Shown here: piece after piece, positions 55,301-64,000 of the stretch | Numbering within the stretch: the stretch's first letter is position 1 | Layout: each line of letters begins with the position of its first letter | Virus record (IMG/VR): IMGVR_UViG_3300040856_003054 | Coordinates: 72,141 to 136,140 of that record | DNA from: a virus | DNA: 64,000 bases | Direction: 5' to 3' (one strand) | Translations under genes and position numbers: made by a program | The notes under the pieces: model-generated | Databases searched by the model: none | Told to the model about the DNA's origin: nothing | Seen by the model: only the letters and a program-made list of their open reading frames with translations

Positions 55301-56859
55301 GAATATCATCTGTTGGTAAAAACCTAAGATTGAGTGTTTCTGAAATAAGTGGAATAAATGAACTAATAGTTGATGATGTTCAAGGTGAATTTATTGTTGG
55401 TGCGGGGTATTCACTAACTTATATCAACAATTCTGGTGTAACTACAGAAATGAATGGTTCTTATGGTGGTAACGTTATAATAACACAACCAGTCGAAGAA
55501 ATTTTTGATGGACTTCACTTTAAAGTCAATCAAAGAAACCATGGTATGCACTCTGATGTTAATAAAGTAACTATTCTTAGAGCAAAATCTGATATTTCTC
55601 CAACCACACTTTCTGTAAATTATTCTGCTTCTTCAACATCTGAGATTTCTGTTGCTAGCACAGCAAACTTCGCAACATTTGAGAAAGTTAGTGTTGCATC
55701 TACAAATCCAGGATATTTGTTGATCGGAGATGAAATTATAAGTTACACAGGAGTTTCTAATACAAATACTCTAACGGGTATTACCAGAGGAATTAATGGA
55801 ACAAATACATATCCATATTCAAGTGGTTCTTTAGTTTACAAATATGAACTCAATGACGTTTCTCTTCTCAGAATAAACAAAACACATGACTTAAATTTTG
55901 CAGATATAGACAATCAAATAGATCTAGATTCATATTATCTTAAAGTTGATATGTCATCTGGGGATAATACTACAGATAGAACTGGATCAGGAACTTTGCC
56001 AAAATTATTTTTTGGCGAATCTAAAAAAACAGGTGGTATTAATGTATCTGCAACATATAATGTTCCCTTTGAACTTATAACACCATCCATTAGAACCATT
56101 AGTCCAAAATTCACCGCTATATCTGCTTCTGTTAGAACAGTTACGGGACAGAGTATTGATGGAAATGAAACTCCATATGTAGATAAAGGATTTCAACCAG
56201 TTACATTGAATAGTACAAATTATTTTGATTCGCCAAGAATTGTTGCATCTCAAGTAAATGAAGATGAAAGATTGACTAGTTTGCCCGGCAATAAATCATT
56301 CACAATGAATATGAATCTTTTGAGTGCTGATGAGAGGTTGTCGCCATGTATTGATATGTCAAAAACAAATGTGATATTTACATCTAACAGAGTTAATAGA
56401 CCAATTACAAATTATGTAACTGATAGTAGAGCGAATACTATTGTTAATGATCCAAACTCATTCTACTATGTTTCAAAACCAATTATTCTTGAGAATTCAT
56501 CTACTGCGATTAAAGTTCTATTAACTGGAGCGATTAATGAGCAAAATGATATTAGAGTTTTCTATGCTTTACAAAATGATGCAAATGAAACTCCTATCTT
56601 CACACCATTCCCAGGATACTTAAATACTTCTATCGGAGTTCCTGCTGATCCGTCCCTCAGCAATGGAACACCTGACAAGAAAATCCTCAAAAATTCTTTC
56701 TATGAATATGTTCCATCAGCAAGATCATTCAAAGAATATGAATTCACAGTTGACAATCTGCCATCATTTAAGATCTTTAGAGTAAAACTTATAATGACAT
56801 CTACGAATCAGGCTATTGTTCCTGTAATACAAGATCTTAGAGTTATCGCACTTGCTTGA
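49333..56859 (+). CDS. VrlC-like / DUF4815 large virion structural protein
   Basis: NLNVAPYFDDY...KVLFKPGYPVQARELT.LQS; APGADR; DPLAQSF; GSLFKSQN. Confidence 0.85.
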   Translation: MSQETNLNVAPYFDDYNEPVIGGKDNNYYKVLFKPGYPVQARELTTLQSILQNQVEQFGNHFFKEGAKVIPGNLTYIQNYYAVQVESNFLGIPVSLYLDNLVGTQIRGENSGVVAIIRKVITSEESERGNITLYVDYYQSNQNNLSTRDFEDGENLITDSNIAFGNTFISAGEGFARTIATNSTAIGSAFALGAGVYFIRGYLVDVADETLILDQYTNTPSYRVGFDVIEEIISADVDPNLNDNANGFNNFAAPGADRLKITAQLSKKPIDSFDYPNFIELANVKDGVLRKINKNTEYNLLADEFARRTFDESGHYYIKAFNTYCRESLNDGKGNNGIYLENQLTSSGTLPSEDSLVYKISPGKAYVRGYEVETIAPIFLDAPKTRTTKLLENQSVNFSFGFSLNLNRVSGSPSIGINTSSTISLRNERVGLSSYTPAGKEIGIARVYDFALESGGYELENQNINRWDISLFDVQTYGDLTLNQPITLNTPTYIRGDSSGATAFLKNNVSVGTALTVYQISGNFINGEKLVFDSTNDTRVSIGFTNYGISEVKSLYANVGASKTFSADTLQSVSALVGNGNATITGFSAGVATVTSPTVAFPGIVTTGNLIQYTRPGFTVKSFAKVDEVLTNSIIVSGITTVTGVCDGGLPASSTTVNDLSVLYTRLPGTQNDEKLFSTLPKSNVNSVDLTGSTIIIRKEFSTSIVDNSTSPITADSNEVFLPFDEERYVLTRSDGTIEVLTEDRFQYFNGSNEIVINGLGSNDANCKLIATLRKSSITSKVKRKARIESLVVNKSKYDYSGTGSTSKNDGLVFGDYPFGTRVQDEKICLNVPDVIKIHAIYESTNTSDPVLPSITVGSLDGPSSTTSDLIIGEEFVGTISGARALLAERLDSSKVSFVYLNESVFSDGEVVEFLESSVNGISFALNQGSKNITSNYNFNNGQKLTHYDYSYILRKQNVKEPLRKLRIIYSQAFYDSSDSGDITTASSYDSFDYGKEVQLVDIFRNTDMLDARPRVSNYAVAEGIRSPFEFEGRSFTGGNHSSDHVLASDESETIAFTYYLPRIDRIYLTRDGSFQLKLGEPSDNPKLPEEVSNGLNIANIALPPYLYNVRDVEITFVDHKRYQMSDIFRLENRIKNLEYYTSLSLLENNTANLFISDSVGFNRFKSGFLIDNFSSVGVQDNSIGVKNSVDLENGQLRPSHYTTSLNLEIGSDAITGIGTTTNANQDRKYLNNILGTNIKRTGDVISLDYDDTVWLEQPFATRVENVTPYLVKTWEGTIQLEPTVDVWIDVNLLEIRDVRVEGSFQGVAEALRAEIQDTADGSRLGVSPIIWNSWETNNIRQNLGMTLTASMDTTQNSFQTGARTKEGTPIVQTDTTSTLNIGGSVSLTTNLDQRRTGVQHTVREQINTESLGDRVISRNIIQFMRSRNIEFTARRMKPNTQLYTFFDGVDVSSFCTPKLLEIEMTSGTFLIGEGVFAESGVFQTVEGVDPNSLPYIEFRLATPNHKYGPYNNPTDFYDENPYDRGNTLPATYSSTTTVLNIDTFSLANERQPLFWGNARPGMILRGITSRATAVVKSVRLVTDRLGTLQGSFFIPDGNVSNNPIFETGRSVFRLTNSSTNSRIEGISTTSAEEIFYSQGDIDNTQQVTLSLRNARVEHEDFEETRTLSVSTTATANATAQTTESRQQRHLDPLAQSFYVDDETGIFVTKLDVFFRTKDSTLPVYCQLREVEIGIPTKKIIPFSEIELAPDKVNISNDASVPTSFEFESPIYLNGQTEYAFVLLSDSTEYTAWISRLGEADVTSAANESGQVLVSAQPLLGSLFKSQNASTWDASQYEDLKFILHRASFISNGSVQFFNPTLPTNGVDVLRNNPFDIDSKTIRIGIGTTVNDSDLSNGNTIIQLQSNATGTLIGLAGTISSLNITNSGIGYTPSAGQTTFNNLTLSNISGTGKNGTADVTISNGIAIAATVSDGGYGYSVGDLLTISTIGISSVGKNLRLSVSEISGINELIVDDVQGEFIVGAGYSLTYINNSGVTTEMNGSYGGNVIITQPVEEIFDGLHFKVNQRNHGMHSDVNKVTILRAKSDISPTTLSVNYSASSTSEISVASTANFATFEKVSVASTNPGYLLIGDEIISYTGVSNTNTLTGITRGINGTNTYPYSSGSLVYKYELNDVSLLRINKTHDLNFADIDNQIDLDSYYLKVDMSSGDNTTDRTGSGTLPKLFFGESKKTGGINVSATYNVPFELITPSIRTISPKFTAISASVRTVTGQSIDGNETPYVDKGFQPVTLNSTNYFDSPRIVASQVNEDERLTSLPGNKSFTMNMNLLSADERLSPCIDMSKTNVIFTSNRVNRPITNYVTDSRANTIVNDPNSFYYVSKPIILENSSTAIKVLLTGAINEQNDIRVFYALQNDANETPIFTPFPGYLNTSIGVPADPSLSNGTPDKKILKNSFYEYVPSARSFKEYEFTVDNLPSFKIFRVKLIMTSTNQAIVPVIQDLRVIALA

Positions 56860-56869
56860 GGTTAAAAAA

Positions 56870-57094
56870 ATGAGTTTAATACCAGTTGAAGGTGATAATT
56901 ATCTTTTTAGAGATATGAACACCAATGCTATTGTGAATACAAATCAATCCGAATATGCAAATTATCTTGCACGTAGAAAGGTTCAGGAGAGAGAAAAAAA
57001 TAGAATTGATTGTATGGAAAAAGATCTCAACTCAATCAGAGGTGACTTGAATGAAATTAAAACATTACTTAGGAGTTTATCTAATGGATCCTGA
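56870..57094 (+). CDS. small virion-associated coiled-coil protein
   Basis: IPVEG...L.RD..TNAIVN; typically follows VrlC-like genes. Confidence 0.7.
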   Translation: MSLIPVEGDNYLFRDMNTNAIVNTNQSEYANYLARRKVQEREKNRIDCMEKDLNSIRGDLNEIKTLLRSLSNGS

Positions 57095-57269
57095 TAAAAT
57101 TCAACTGGAAAATTTATCTAAAAACTTTGAATATGTAAAAGCATCTATAGAAATAGATTCTATTGATGACTTAGAGGATTTGAGAAATATTGCTAAATCA
57201 TATATGAAACTTTATATGAAACAGCAAGAAGTTTTATCAGAAATGCTTTCTTCAACAAATCATAAATAA
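57084..57269 (+). CDS. small hypothetical protein
   Basis: MDPDKIQLENLSKNFEY...KLYMKQQEV. Confidence 0.65.
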   Translation: MDPDKIQLENLSKNFEYVKASIEIDSIDDLEDLRNIAKSYMKLYMKQQEVLSEMLSSTNHK

Positions 57270-57289
57270 TTCTTAGAGGTAGTAAATAA

Positions 57290-58138
57290 ATGGCGCAACC
57301 TTCTTCCAGACAAGAGTTAATAGATTACTGCAAAAGAAAACTGGGTGCGCCAGTTTTGGAGATTAACGTTGCTGATGAGCAAATAGAAGATCTCGTCGAT
57401 GATGCAATACAGTTTTTCCAAGAAAGACATTTTGATGGTGTCTCTCAGATGTTCTTGAAGTATCAAATAACTCAAGATGATATTGATAGAGGAAGAGCAC
57501 CTAATGGAAATATTCCTACTGCAGGAATAGTCACAACAACTGCTACAGCAAATATTGCAGGATCTTCTGTAACATTTGATTACAAGGAAAATAGCAATTA
57601 TTTGCAAGTTCCACCATCAATAATCGGTATTACTAAAGTTTTTCACTTTGATGGAACAAATACTGTTACAAATAACATGTTTAGTGTTAAGTATCAGTTA
57701 TTCTTGAATGATGTCTACTATTGGGGTTCTACTGAACTTCTAACTTATGCTATGGTTAAAACATATCTAGAAGATATGGATTTTCTTTTAACTACTCAAA
57801 AGCAAATTAGATTTAACCAAAGAATGGATAGATTATATCTCGATATTGATTGGGGAAGTGTTAATGTTAACGATTATTTGATTATTGATTGTTATAGAAT
57901 TTTGGATCCAAATGATTTTTCAAGAGTTTGGAATGATTCATTTTTAAAACCATATTTGACATCTCTTATTAAAAGACAGTGGGGCCAAAACTTAATTAAG
58001 TTCCAAGGAGTAAAACTTCCTGGTGGCGTCGAACTTAATGGTAGACAAATCTATGATGATGCACAGAGAGAATTGGATACAATCATGGAGAAAATGTCAA
58101 ATACATATGAACTTCCACCTTTTGATATGATAGGGTGA
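57290..58138 (+). CDS. gp13: neck protein gp13
   Basis: SRQELIDYCKRKLGAPVLEINV; QWGQNL.KF.GV.LPGG; late promoter at 57261. Confidence 0.93.
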   Translation: MAQPSSRQELIDYCKRKLGAPVLEINVADEQIEDLVDDAIQFFQERHFDGVSQMFLKYQITQDDIDRGRAPNGNIPTAGIVTTTATANIAGSSVTFDYKENSNYLQVPPSIIGITKVFHFDGTNTVTNNMFSVKYQLFLNDVYYWGSTELLTYAMVKTYLEDMDFLLTTQKQIRFNQRMDRLYLDIDWGSVNVNDYLIIDCYRILDPNDFSRVWNDSFLKPYLTSLIKRQWGQNLIKFQGVKLPGGVELNGRQIYDDAQRELDTIMEKMSNTYELPPFDMIG

Positions 58139-58142
58139 TTTT

Positions 58143-59519
58143 ATGCTTAATCCTTTTTTCCAACAAGGTTCAAAAACCGAGCAAAGTTTAATACAAGATC
58201 TCATTAATGAGCAATTGAGAATGTATGGTGTTGAAATATATTATCTTCCAAGACAATACGTTACAGAAAAAACGATTATTAAGGAAGTAATTGAATCTAA
58301 ATTTGAAAATGCATATCCAATAGAAGCATATGTTGATACGTATGAAGGATACAATGGATTAGGAACTTTAATGTCAAAATTTGGCATTCAAGAAATGGAC
58401 GATATTAATTTAATAATATCCAAAGAAAGATTTGAAAATTATATATCTCCATTGATAAAGAATATACCAAATATAAAACTTTCAACTAGACCAAAAGAAG
58501 GGGATTTAATTTATTTTCCTTTAGGCGATAGATTATTTGAAATTAAGTATGTTGAACACGAAAAACCATTCTATCAACTTCAGAAAAATTATGTCTATCA
58601 ACTAACTTGCGAATTGTTTAGGTATGAGGACGAAATTATCGACACTGACGTTGATGAAATCGATGATAATGTCATAGATCAGGGTTATATTCAAACTCTC
58701 ACTTTAGTAGGAACTGCATCTACTGCATCAGCAATAACGGATATTGTTAATGGTGGTGTTAGAAGAATTACATTAACAAATAGAGGCAGTGGTTATACCA
58801 CAGAACCAAGAGTTGCAATATCATCTGCTCCATCCGGAGGACTCACTGCAACTGGAATTGCAACAATAATTTCTGGTTTGATTGATTGCAATGGAGTAAC
58901 TTCCGATAAGATTCAAGGAGTTGAATTGACTAACCCTGGGTATGGATACACAGTTGCTCCAGGAGTTAGTTTTATTGGAGGTGGAGGAGTTGGAGCAGCT
59001 GCAACTACAGAAATTGCCAATGGAATTATTGGGATAATTACTGTTACTAATGGAGGATCTGGTTATACTTCATCGCCATTAGTAACAATCAGTTCTCCTG
59101 GAATTGGAACTACAGCAACAGCAGTATCATCAATTAACTCTGCCGGAATTGTCACCTCCATTAGAGTTGTAGATGCTGGTGTAGGTTATACTTTTGCCCC
59201 TACAATTACGATTGGATCTCCGGATGTTGGAAGCGTAGGAACATACACTCTCAATGAAGTAGTAACAGGTTCTATAAGCAGTACTACAGCAAGAGTTAAA
59301 TCTTGGAGTTCTATTACTAATGTTTTAGAAGTTTCTATAATTTCTGGTTCATTTGTTGTTGGTGAAATAATAGTTGGTGCTGCAAGCAGCGCAAGCAGGC
59401 AACTTAGAATTATCAACACTGATGATATCAATGATCCATACGCACAGAATGAGGAAATAGAAACTGAGGCAGATCAAATACTTGATTTTAGTGAAACGAA
59501 TCCTTTTGGAATGCCATAG
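58143..59519 (+). CDS. gp14: neck protein gp14 with internal repeat insertion
   Basis: LNPFF.QG...EQ.L..DL..E..RMYG..YYLPR; FSETNPFG. Confidence 0.92.
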   Translation: MLNPFFQQGSKTEQSLIQDLINEQLRMYGVEIYYLPRQYVTEKTIIKEVIESKFENAYPIEAYVDTYEGYNGLGTLMSKFGIQEMDDINLIISKERFENYISPLIKNIPNIKLSTRPKEGDLIYFPLGDRLFEIKYVEHEKPFYQLQKNYVYQLTCELFRYEDEIIDTDVDEIDDNVIDQGYIQTLTLVGTASTASAITDIVNGGVRRITLTNRGSGYTTEPRVAISSAPSGGLTATGIATIISGLIDCNGVTSDKIQGVELTNPGYGYTVAPGVSFIGGGGVGAAATTEIANGIIGIITVTNGGSGYTSSPLVTISSPGIGTTATAVSSINSAGIVTSIRVVDAGVGYTFAPTITIGSPDVGSVGTYTLNEVVTGSISSTTARVKSWSSITNVLEVSIISGSFVVGEIIVGAASSASRQLRIINTDDINDPYAQNEEIETEADQILDFSETNPFGMP

Positions 59520-59567
59520 CATAAATAGATCTAACGATTTTGTTACACACTTTACAAAAATTTTAAC

Positions 59568-60581
59568 ATGTTTGAGTATTTTTACCACGAAATATTAAGG
59601 AGAACCATCGTTTCATTTGGTTCTCTCTTTAACAATATTTCGATCAAGCACACTAATAATTCTGATGATGTTGTTAGCGTCATCAAAGTCCCGCTTGCAT
59701 ATGGTCCTACTCAAAAGTTTTTAGCAAGATTAGAACAATCCCCAGATCTGAACAAACCAGTTCAGATGAATCTTCCTAGAATGTCATTTGAATTTATTGG
59801 ATTGAACTATGATTCTGGAAGAAAGGTAACACAAACTCAAACATTTATAACATCAACAACATCAAATAAAACAAGTGAAAAGAAGGCATACATGCCTGTT
59901 CCTTATAATATGCAATTTGAGCTTAGTATCATGACTAAATTGAATGATGATATGCTTCAGATTGTAGAACAAATTCTACCATATTTTCAACCATCATACA
60001 ATATGACAGTTAATTTGGTAGAAGAAATTGGAGAAAAAAGAGATATACCTGTTGTTCTTGATAGTATAACCATGAGTGATGATTATGAAGGGGATTTTAA
60101 TACAAGAAGAGCATTAATTTATACCCTAAGATTCACTGCAAAGACATATATTTTTGGACCCGTTCTTTCTGCATCTTCGGATATTATCAAAAAAGTTTCT
60201 ATTGGTTATATTGCAGCATCTTCTTCTGGAGCAGATTCAAAAGCAGGATCAAGAGATCTTACATACTCTGTAGAACCAAGAGCAATCAAAAATTATACTG
60301 GCACTGTAACTACAAGCTTGGTGAATGATATTGGAGTATCAGAGACAGAAATTACTGTTGGAGATGCATCATCAATTCCAGAGAACACGTATATTGTTAT
60401 TGATAATGAAGAAATGTACGTCGATTCAAAGTCAGGAAATAATCTAACAGTTATAAGAGGATCTGATCAAACTGTAGTAACAAATCATGTTTCTGGTGCT
60501 GATGTTAAGAAAATAACTAGCGAGGATAATTTACTAATTGAAGTTGGAGATGATTTTGGATTTGATGGCGGATTCTCATGA
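59568..60581 (+). CDS. gp15: tail sheath stabilizer gp15
   Basis: YFYHEILRRTIVSFGSLFNNI; VPLAYGP.QKFL; LPRMSFE; late promoter at 59520. Confidence 0.93.
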   Translation: MFEYFYHEILRRTIVSFGSLFNNISIKHTNNSDDVVSVIKVPLAYGPTQKFLARLEQSPDLNKPVQMNLPRMSFEFIGLNYDSGRKVTQTQTFITSTTSNKTSEKKAYMPVPYNMQFELSIMTKLNDDMLQIVEQILPYFQPSYNMTVNLVEEIGEKRDIPVVLDSITMSDDYEGDFNTRRALIYTLRFTAKTYIFGPVLSASSDIIKKVSIGYIAASSSGADSKAGSRDLTYSVEPRAIKNYTGTVTTSLVNDIGVSETEITVGDASSIPENTYIVIDNEEMYVDSKSGNNLTVIRGSDQTVVTNHVSGADVKKITSEDNLLIEVGDDFGFDGGFS

Positions 60582-61009
60582 AGATGACAAAAAAATTCGA
60601 CGATTTAAATGAAACATTTAATGTTTCTGGCGAAATAGTAGAAAAGCAAATTGAACCTATCGAAAAGGTTGAAAAAGTTGCATCTTCAATTGAAGACGTA
60701 AAAAAAGATTATGAATATACTAGAGGTAACTTATATTCATTGATTGAAAAAGGTCAAGAAGCAATCAATGGAATTCTTGAACTTGCACAAGAAAGCGAAA
60801 TGCCAAGAGCATACGAAGTTGCTGGCCAGTTAATTAAAAATGTAGCAGATGCAACTGATAAGTTGATGGATCTTCAGAAGAAACTAAAAGATCTTGATGA
60901 AGACAAAGTTGGAAAAGGTCCAACAAATGTAACAAATGCATTATTTGTTGGTTCAACAGCAGAATTAGCAAAACTACTTAAGAAGCAATCTACCAATGAA
61001 AACGTTTAA
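60578..61009 (+). CDS. gp16: terminase small subunit gp16
   Basis: DYEYTRGNLY.LIEKGQEA...PRAYEVAGQLIK...NALFVGST.EL. Confidence 0.93.
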   Translation: MKMTKKFDDLNETFNVSGEIVEKQIEPIEKVEKVASSIEDVKKDYEYTRGNLYSLIEKGQEAINGILELAQESEMPRAYEVAGQLIKNVADATDKLMDLQKKLKDLDEDKVGKGPTNVTNALFVGSTAELAKLLKKQSTNENV

Positions 61010-61151
61010 GCAGTTTCAAGAAGAGTGGAGTAATAAATATAAAAAGAGTATTGATTGCTCAAATCCAAAAGGTTTTTCTCAACGTGCTCATTGTGCAGCG
61101 AGAAGAAAAAGAGCAAAAGGTGAAGAAACTAAATCAAGTCCAGTAAAATGA
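60996..61151 (+). CDS. small probable internal head protein (51 aa)
   Basis: Manually read MKTFKQFQEEWSNKYKKSIDCSNPKGFSQRAHC. Confidence 0.65.
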   Translation: MKTFKQFQEEWSNKYKKSIDCSNPKGFSQRAHCAARRKRAKGEETKSSPVK

Positions 61152-62671
61152 ACGAAGATCTCAGAAAATGGTTTGGTAAAGGCGGCGAAGGTGGCGTCGG
61201 CGGTGATGGATGGGATCGTTACAACACTAAAGGAGAAAGAATTGGTAAATGTGCTCGTGAGCCAGGAGAGGCAAAACCAAAGTGTTTATCAAAAGAAAAA
61301 GCAGCAAAAATGTCAAAAGATGAAATTGCTGCAGCAGTAAGAAGAAAAAGGGAAGCAGATCCAGTAGCAGATCGTCCAGGAAAAGGAGGAAAACCAAAAA
61401 TGGTATCTAATAAGATAGAAGAACAATCCAGTGAAGAAAGATATTGTCCTATGTGTAGAAAAAAAGAAAGGAGAATGGATTGTTCCTATGGACCTGCTAT
61501 GTGGGATGCAGTAACTATTGGTGGAGTTGCAGAATCTAAAAAACCTGAACCAGATCATGAACACTCAATGGCAAGATCTGAACTTTCTACCATTGAGAAA
61601 GCAGTCAAGCGTCTTAAATCAAAAATGAAGGGTGAAGGTAATATTGAAGCATGGGTACAATCAAAAATTACAAAAGCAGCAGACTATATTGATTCGGCAG
61701 CAGATTACTTGGATAGTGGTGAACATGATGTTCAAGGATCAATGGATGAAGCAAAAGGTCCTTGCTGGACTGGATATAAGCAAGAAGGACTGAAGAAGAA
61801 AGGTAATAAAATGGTTCCTAATTGTGTACCAGAAGAATTAGATTTAGAAGAGGAAAATAAACCAACTAATCCTTCTCTCTGGGCTAAGTGGAAAGCAAAG
61901 GCAAAAGCAAAGTTTGATGTCTATCCTTCAGCATATGCAAATGGTTGGGCAGCGAAAGGATATAAATCTGAGGGTGGTGGTTGGAAGTCAGTAAAAGAAG
62001 AAACTATTGAAGATGCAAATGGAAATTCATTTGCAGAAGTTATTGATATTATCAAAGCAGAACCATTAGTTTCTGAAGAAAGTGGTAAGGTTTGTGATGT
62101 ATGTGGAAAGTCTCCTTGCGAGTGCTCTCCAAAAAGACCAATGGGAGGGAGTTCGGCAAAACCTGGTCCGGATAAAAACTATGTAAAACCAATGGCAGAA
62201 TCTGTAAGGATTCCTGCAAAAACTGGAAATATTATTCTCGTTACTCTGAATTGGAGAGGGAAGTATTTTATGATGAAGATGTTCTTTCCTCAAACATCAA
62301 AACCAAACAGGCAAGAAGTTCAATCTCAAATTGAAAAGGTTTATCCAGGATCAAGAATACAATCATATTATGTTTCCGATATAAAACCAGGAGAGCAGTT
62401 TCTTCAAGTAGAAGACTGGCAAAAAGTAAATCGTCAGGATAAGACTGATGGATTAAGTCAAAAAGCAGTTAATGCATATCGTAGAGAGAATCCAGGTTCA
62501 AAACTACAAACTGCAGTAACTGAAAAGAATCCTGAAGGAAAAAGATCAGATCGTCGCAAGTCCTTTTGCCGTCGTATGACCGGAATGAAAAAAAGATTGA
62601 CTTCTGCAGAAACTGCAAGAGATCCTGATTCAAGAATCAACAAAGCCCTTCGCCGTTGGAACTGTAACTAA
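61148..62671 (+). CDS. multi-module basic protein, probable processed head protein
   Basis: Modules EDLRKWF, PCWTGY...VPNCV, AKAKFDVYPSAYANGW and RRKSFC.RM.G separated by xxE sites. Confidence 0.6.
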   Translation: MNEDLRKWFGKGGEGGVGGDGWDRYNTKGERIGKCAREPGEAKPKCLSKEKAAKMSKDEIAAAVRRKREADPVADRPGKGGKPKMVSNKIEEQSSEERYCPMCRKKERRMDCSYGPAMWDAVTIGGVAESKKPEPDHEHSMARSELSTIEKAVKRLKSKMKGEGNIEAWVQSKITKAADYIDSAADYLDSGEHDVQGSMDEAKGPCWTGYKQEGLKKKGNKMVPNCVPEELDLEEENKPTNPSLWAKWKAKAKAKFDVYPSAYANGWAAKGYKSEGGGWKSVKEETIEDANGNSFAEVIDIIKAEPLVSEESGKVCDVCGKSPCECSPKRPMGGSSAKPGPDKNYVKPMAESVRIPAKTGNIILVTLNWRGKYFMMKMFFPQTSKPNRQEVQSQIEKVYPGSRIQSYYVSDIKPGEQFLQVEDWQKVNRQDKTDGLSQKAVNAYRRENPGSKLQTAVTEKNPEGKRSDRRKSFCRRMTGMKKRLTSAETARDPDSRINKALRRWNCN

Positions 62672-62672
62672 A

Positions 62673-62981
62673 ATGAAATCCTTCAAACAATTTCTATCAG
62701 AATCAGTAAATATCTCTGGAGATTTCAACGGAAATCTTTATATTAATAGTTCTGAACCAGAAGTCAGTAAAGAATCTTTTGTTGCTGATGTGGTTTGGGA
62801 AGGAAAAATTTATAGAATGGAAGTTGAAGGTAGAATGATGAACAAGAATGAACTTGCAGAACATCTCCAAGGAGAATATCCCGGAGCAATTGTTCATAAC
62901 ATTTATCCAGCATCTCAACAAGCATCAAGAATTAAAAATGTACAGAGATATCAACCAGAAAGATTAACTTGGGGTGAATGA
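62673..62981 (+). CDS. probable internal head protein
   Basis: MKSFKQFLSES CTS-like N-terminus. Confidence 0.55.
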   Translation: MKSFKQFLSESVNISGDFNGNLYINSSEPEVSKESFVADVVWEGKIYRMEVEGRMMNKNELAEHLQGEYPGAIVHNIYPASQQASRIKNVQRYQPERLTWGE

Positions 62982-62984
62982 TTA

Positions 62985-64000
62985 ATGGCTCAGTGGAATT
63001 CAGGAATACAAACATATTTAAAAGATGGAACAACTCTTTTTGAAGTATTCAATGTAGCGACAATTGATGGGCAACAAGTAACTTTTGATAATCCATTTCC
63101 AGTATCTCTTGGTTCTTCAAATATCAGTATTGGTGGAACTGTTGTTATTCCTGGTTCAATTGAAATCAGTAATGATGAGGGAAATCCAATTCCAACTCAT
63201 ACACATCTATATGATGAGAATGAAGATGAATATACAGCATCAAATCCATTCACAATAGATGGAACAGTTAATATTGGTGCTGGAAATACAATAGATGTAA
63301 ATGTTCTTAATCCTGTAACAGAAGTTTCTGTAACAGGTATTGGTTCTACTGTTAATATTTCGGGAACAGTTAATATTGGAAATGAAGTAAGTATCAATGA
63401 TGGTGGTAATAGTATCACTGTTGATGGAACAGTTTCTGTTAGTGCTGGTGCATCAATCGCAATCACAGGACAAAATCTTGATGCATTTGGAAGATTAAGA
63501 GTATCAGAACCATATACACTTGCAGATTATTCTCATGTTTATGGTGAAGAATTAGAACTTCTCACAAAAACAGTTGGTGCATCATCAACAACAACTTCAA
63601 GTGCAACAGAAGCAGCAATTATTCTTTCAGTTGGAACTGGTGCAACGGATCAGGTGATTCATCAGTCCAGAATGTACCATCATTACATGCCTGGAAAATC
63701 TCAATATATTCTAGAAAGTTTTAATTTTAGAGAACCAAGAAATAATACTTATAAAGCAATTGGATATTTTGATGACTATAATGGTGTTTTTGCAAAACAA
63801 GTTGGTATTGGAACAACAGCAAGATATGATATTGTAAGAAGGTCTAATGTTGGTGGAGCAGTCACAGAAACATCAATTCCTCAAAGTGAGTGGAATATTG
63901 ATTCATTAGATGGAACTGGACCTAGTGGTATTAATATATTCTTTGAAAGGTCTCAATTACTCTTTATTGATTTCCAATGGTTAGGTGTTGGTAGAATCAG
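62985..64000 (+). CDS. virion structural protein, truncated by the window edge
   Basis: Open frame MAQWNSG...NPFPV...DAFGRLRVSEP...YMPGKS running to the end of the window. Confidence 0.65.
   Translation, partial: MAQWNSGIQTYLKDGTTLFEVFNVATIDGQQVTFDNPFPVSLGSSNISIGGTVVIPGSIEISNDEGNPIPTHTHLYDENEDEYTASNPFTIDGTVNIGAGNTIDVNVLNPVTEVSVTGIGSTVNISGTVNIGNEVSINDGGNSITVDGTVSVSAGASIAITGQNLDAFGRLRVSEPYTLADYSHVYGEELELLTKTVGASSTTTSSATEAAIILSVGTGATDQVIHQSRMYHHYMPGKSQYILESFNFREPRNNTYKAIGYFDDYNGVFAKQVGIGTTARYDIVRRSNVGGAVTETSIPQSEWNIDSLDGTGPSGINIFFERSQLLFIDFQWLGVGRI

Noticed and set aside
18-63466. Minus-strand ORFs in the supplied track (e.g. 19856-20371, 20858-21340, 10620-11087, 28572-28802)
   Set aside because: They are shadows of + strand genes or of low-complexity repeats, with no recognisable motifs or translation signals.
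1-64000. tRNA, rRNA, photosynthesis AMGs, reverse transcriptase/DGR
   Set aside because: No cloverleaf/T-loop signatures, psbA/hli-type ORFs, RT motifs or TR/VR pairs were recognised by eye; a tRNAscan/Infernal run would be needed to exclude them fully.

Overview
This 64 kb window is from a T4-like cyanophage (cyanomyovirus) genome, almost entirely coded on the + strand. 1-845 is a GC-rich tail-fibre-type module end. About 850-31,000 is a hyperplastic early/accessory region of mostly small ORFs, driven by about 19 sigma70-like promoters that each carry a conserved 24-bp palindrome (TGTGNCAGT-N6-ACTGNCACA). This region also holds four free-standing homing-endonuclease-like genes (2 HNH, 2 GIY-YIG), a helicase / nuclease-helicase / degenerate MTase / Dam cluster, probable capsid-internal proteins, a structured non-coding segment and an origin-like repeat tract. 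About 33,300-64,000 is the conserved virion block (gp25, gp6, gp7, gp8, VrlC-like, gp13, gp14, gp15, gp16). The most striking unexplained signal is upstream of the four endonuclease genes. Each has a hairpin whose variable loop is complementary to that gene's own late-transcript 5' leader. Three of the four share a covarying scaffold with its own late promoter and terminator, which suggests a family of cognate antisense small RNAs or RNA switches. All calls come from reading motifs by eye; no database searches or folding programs were run.
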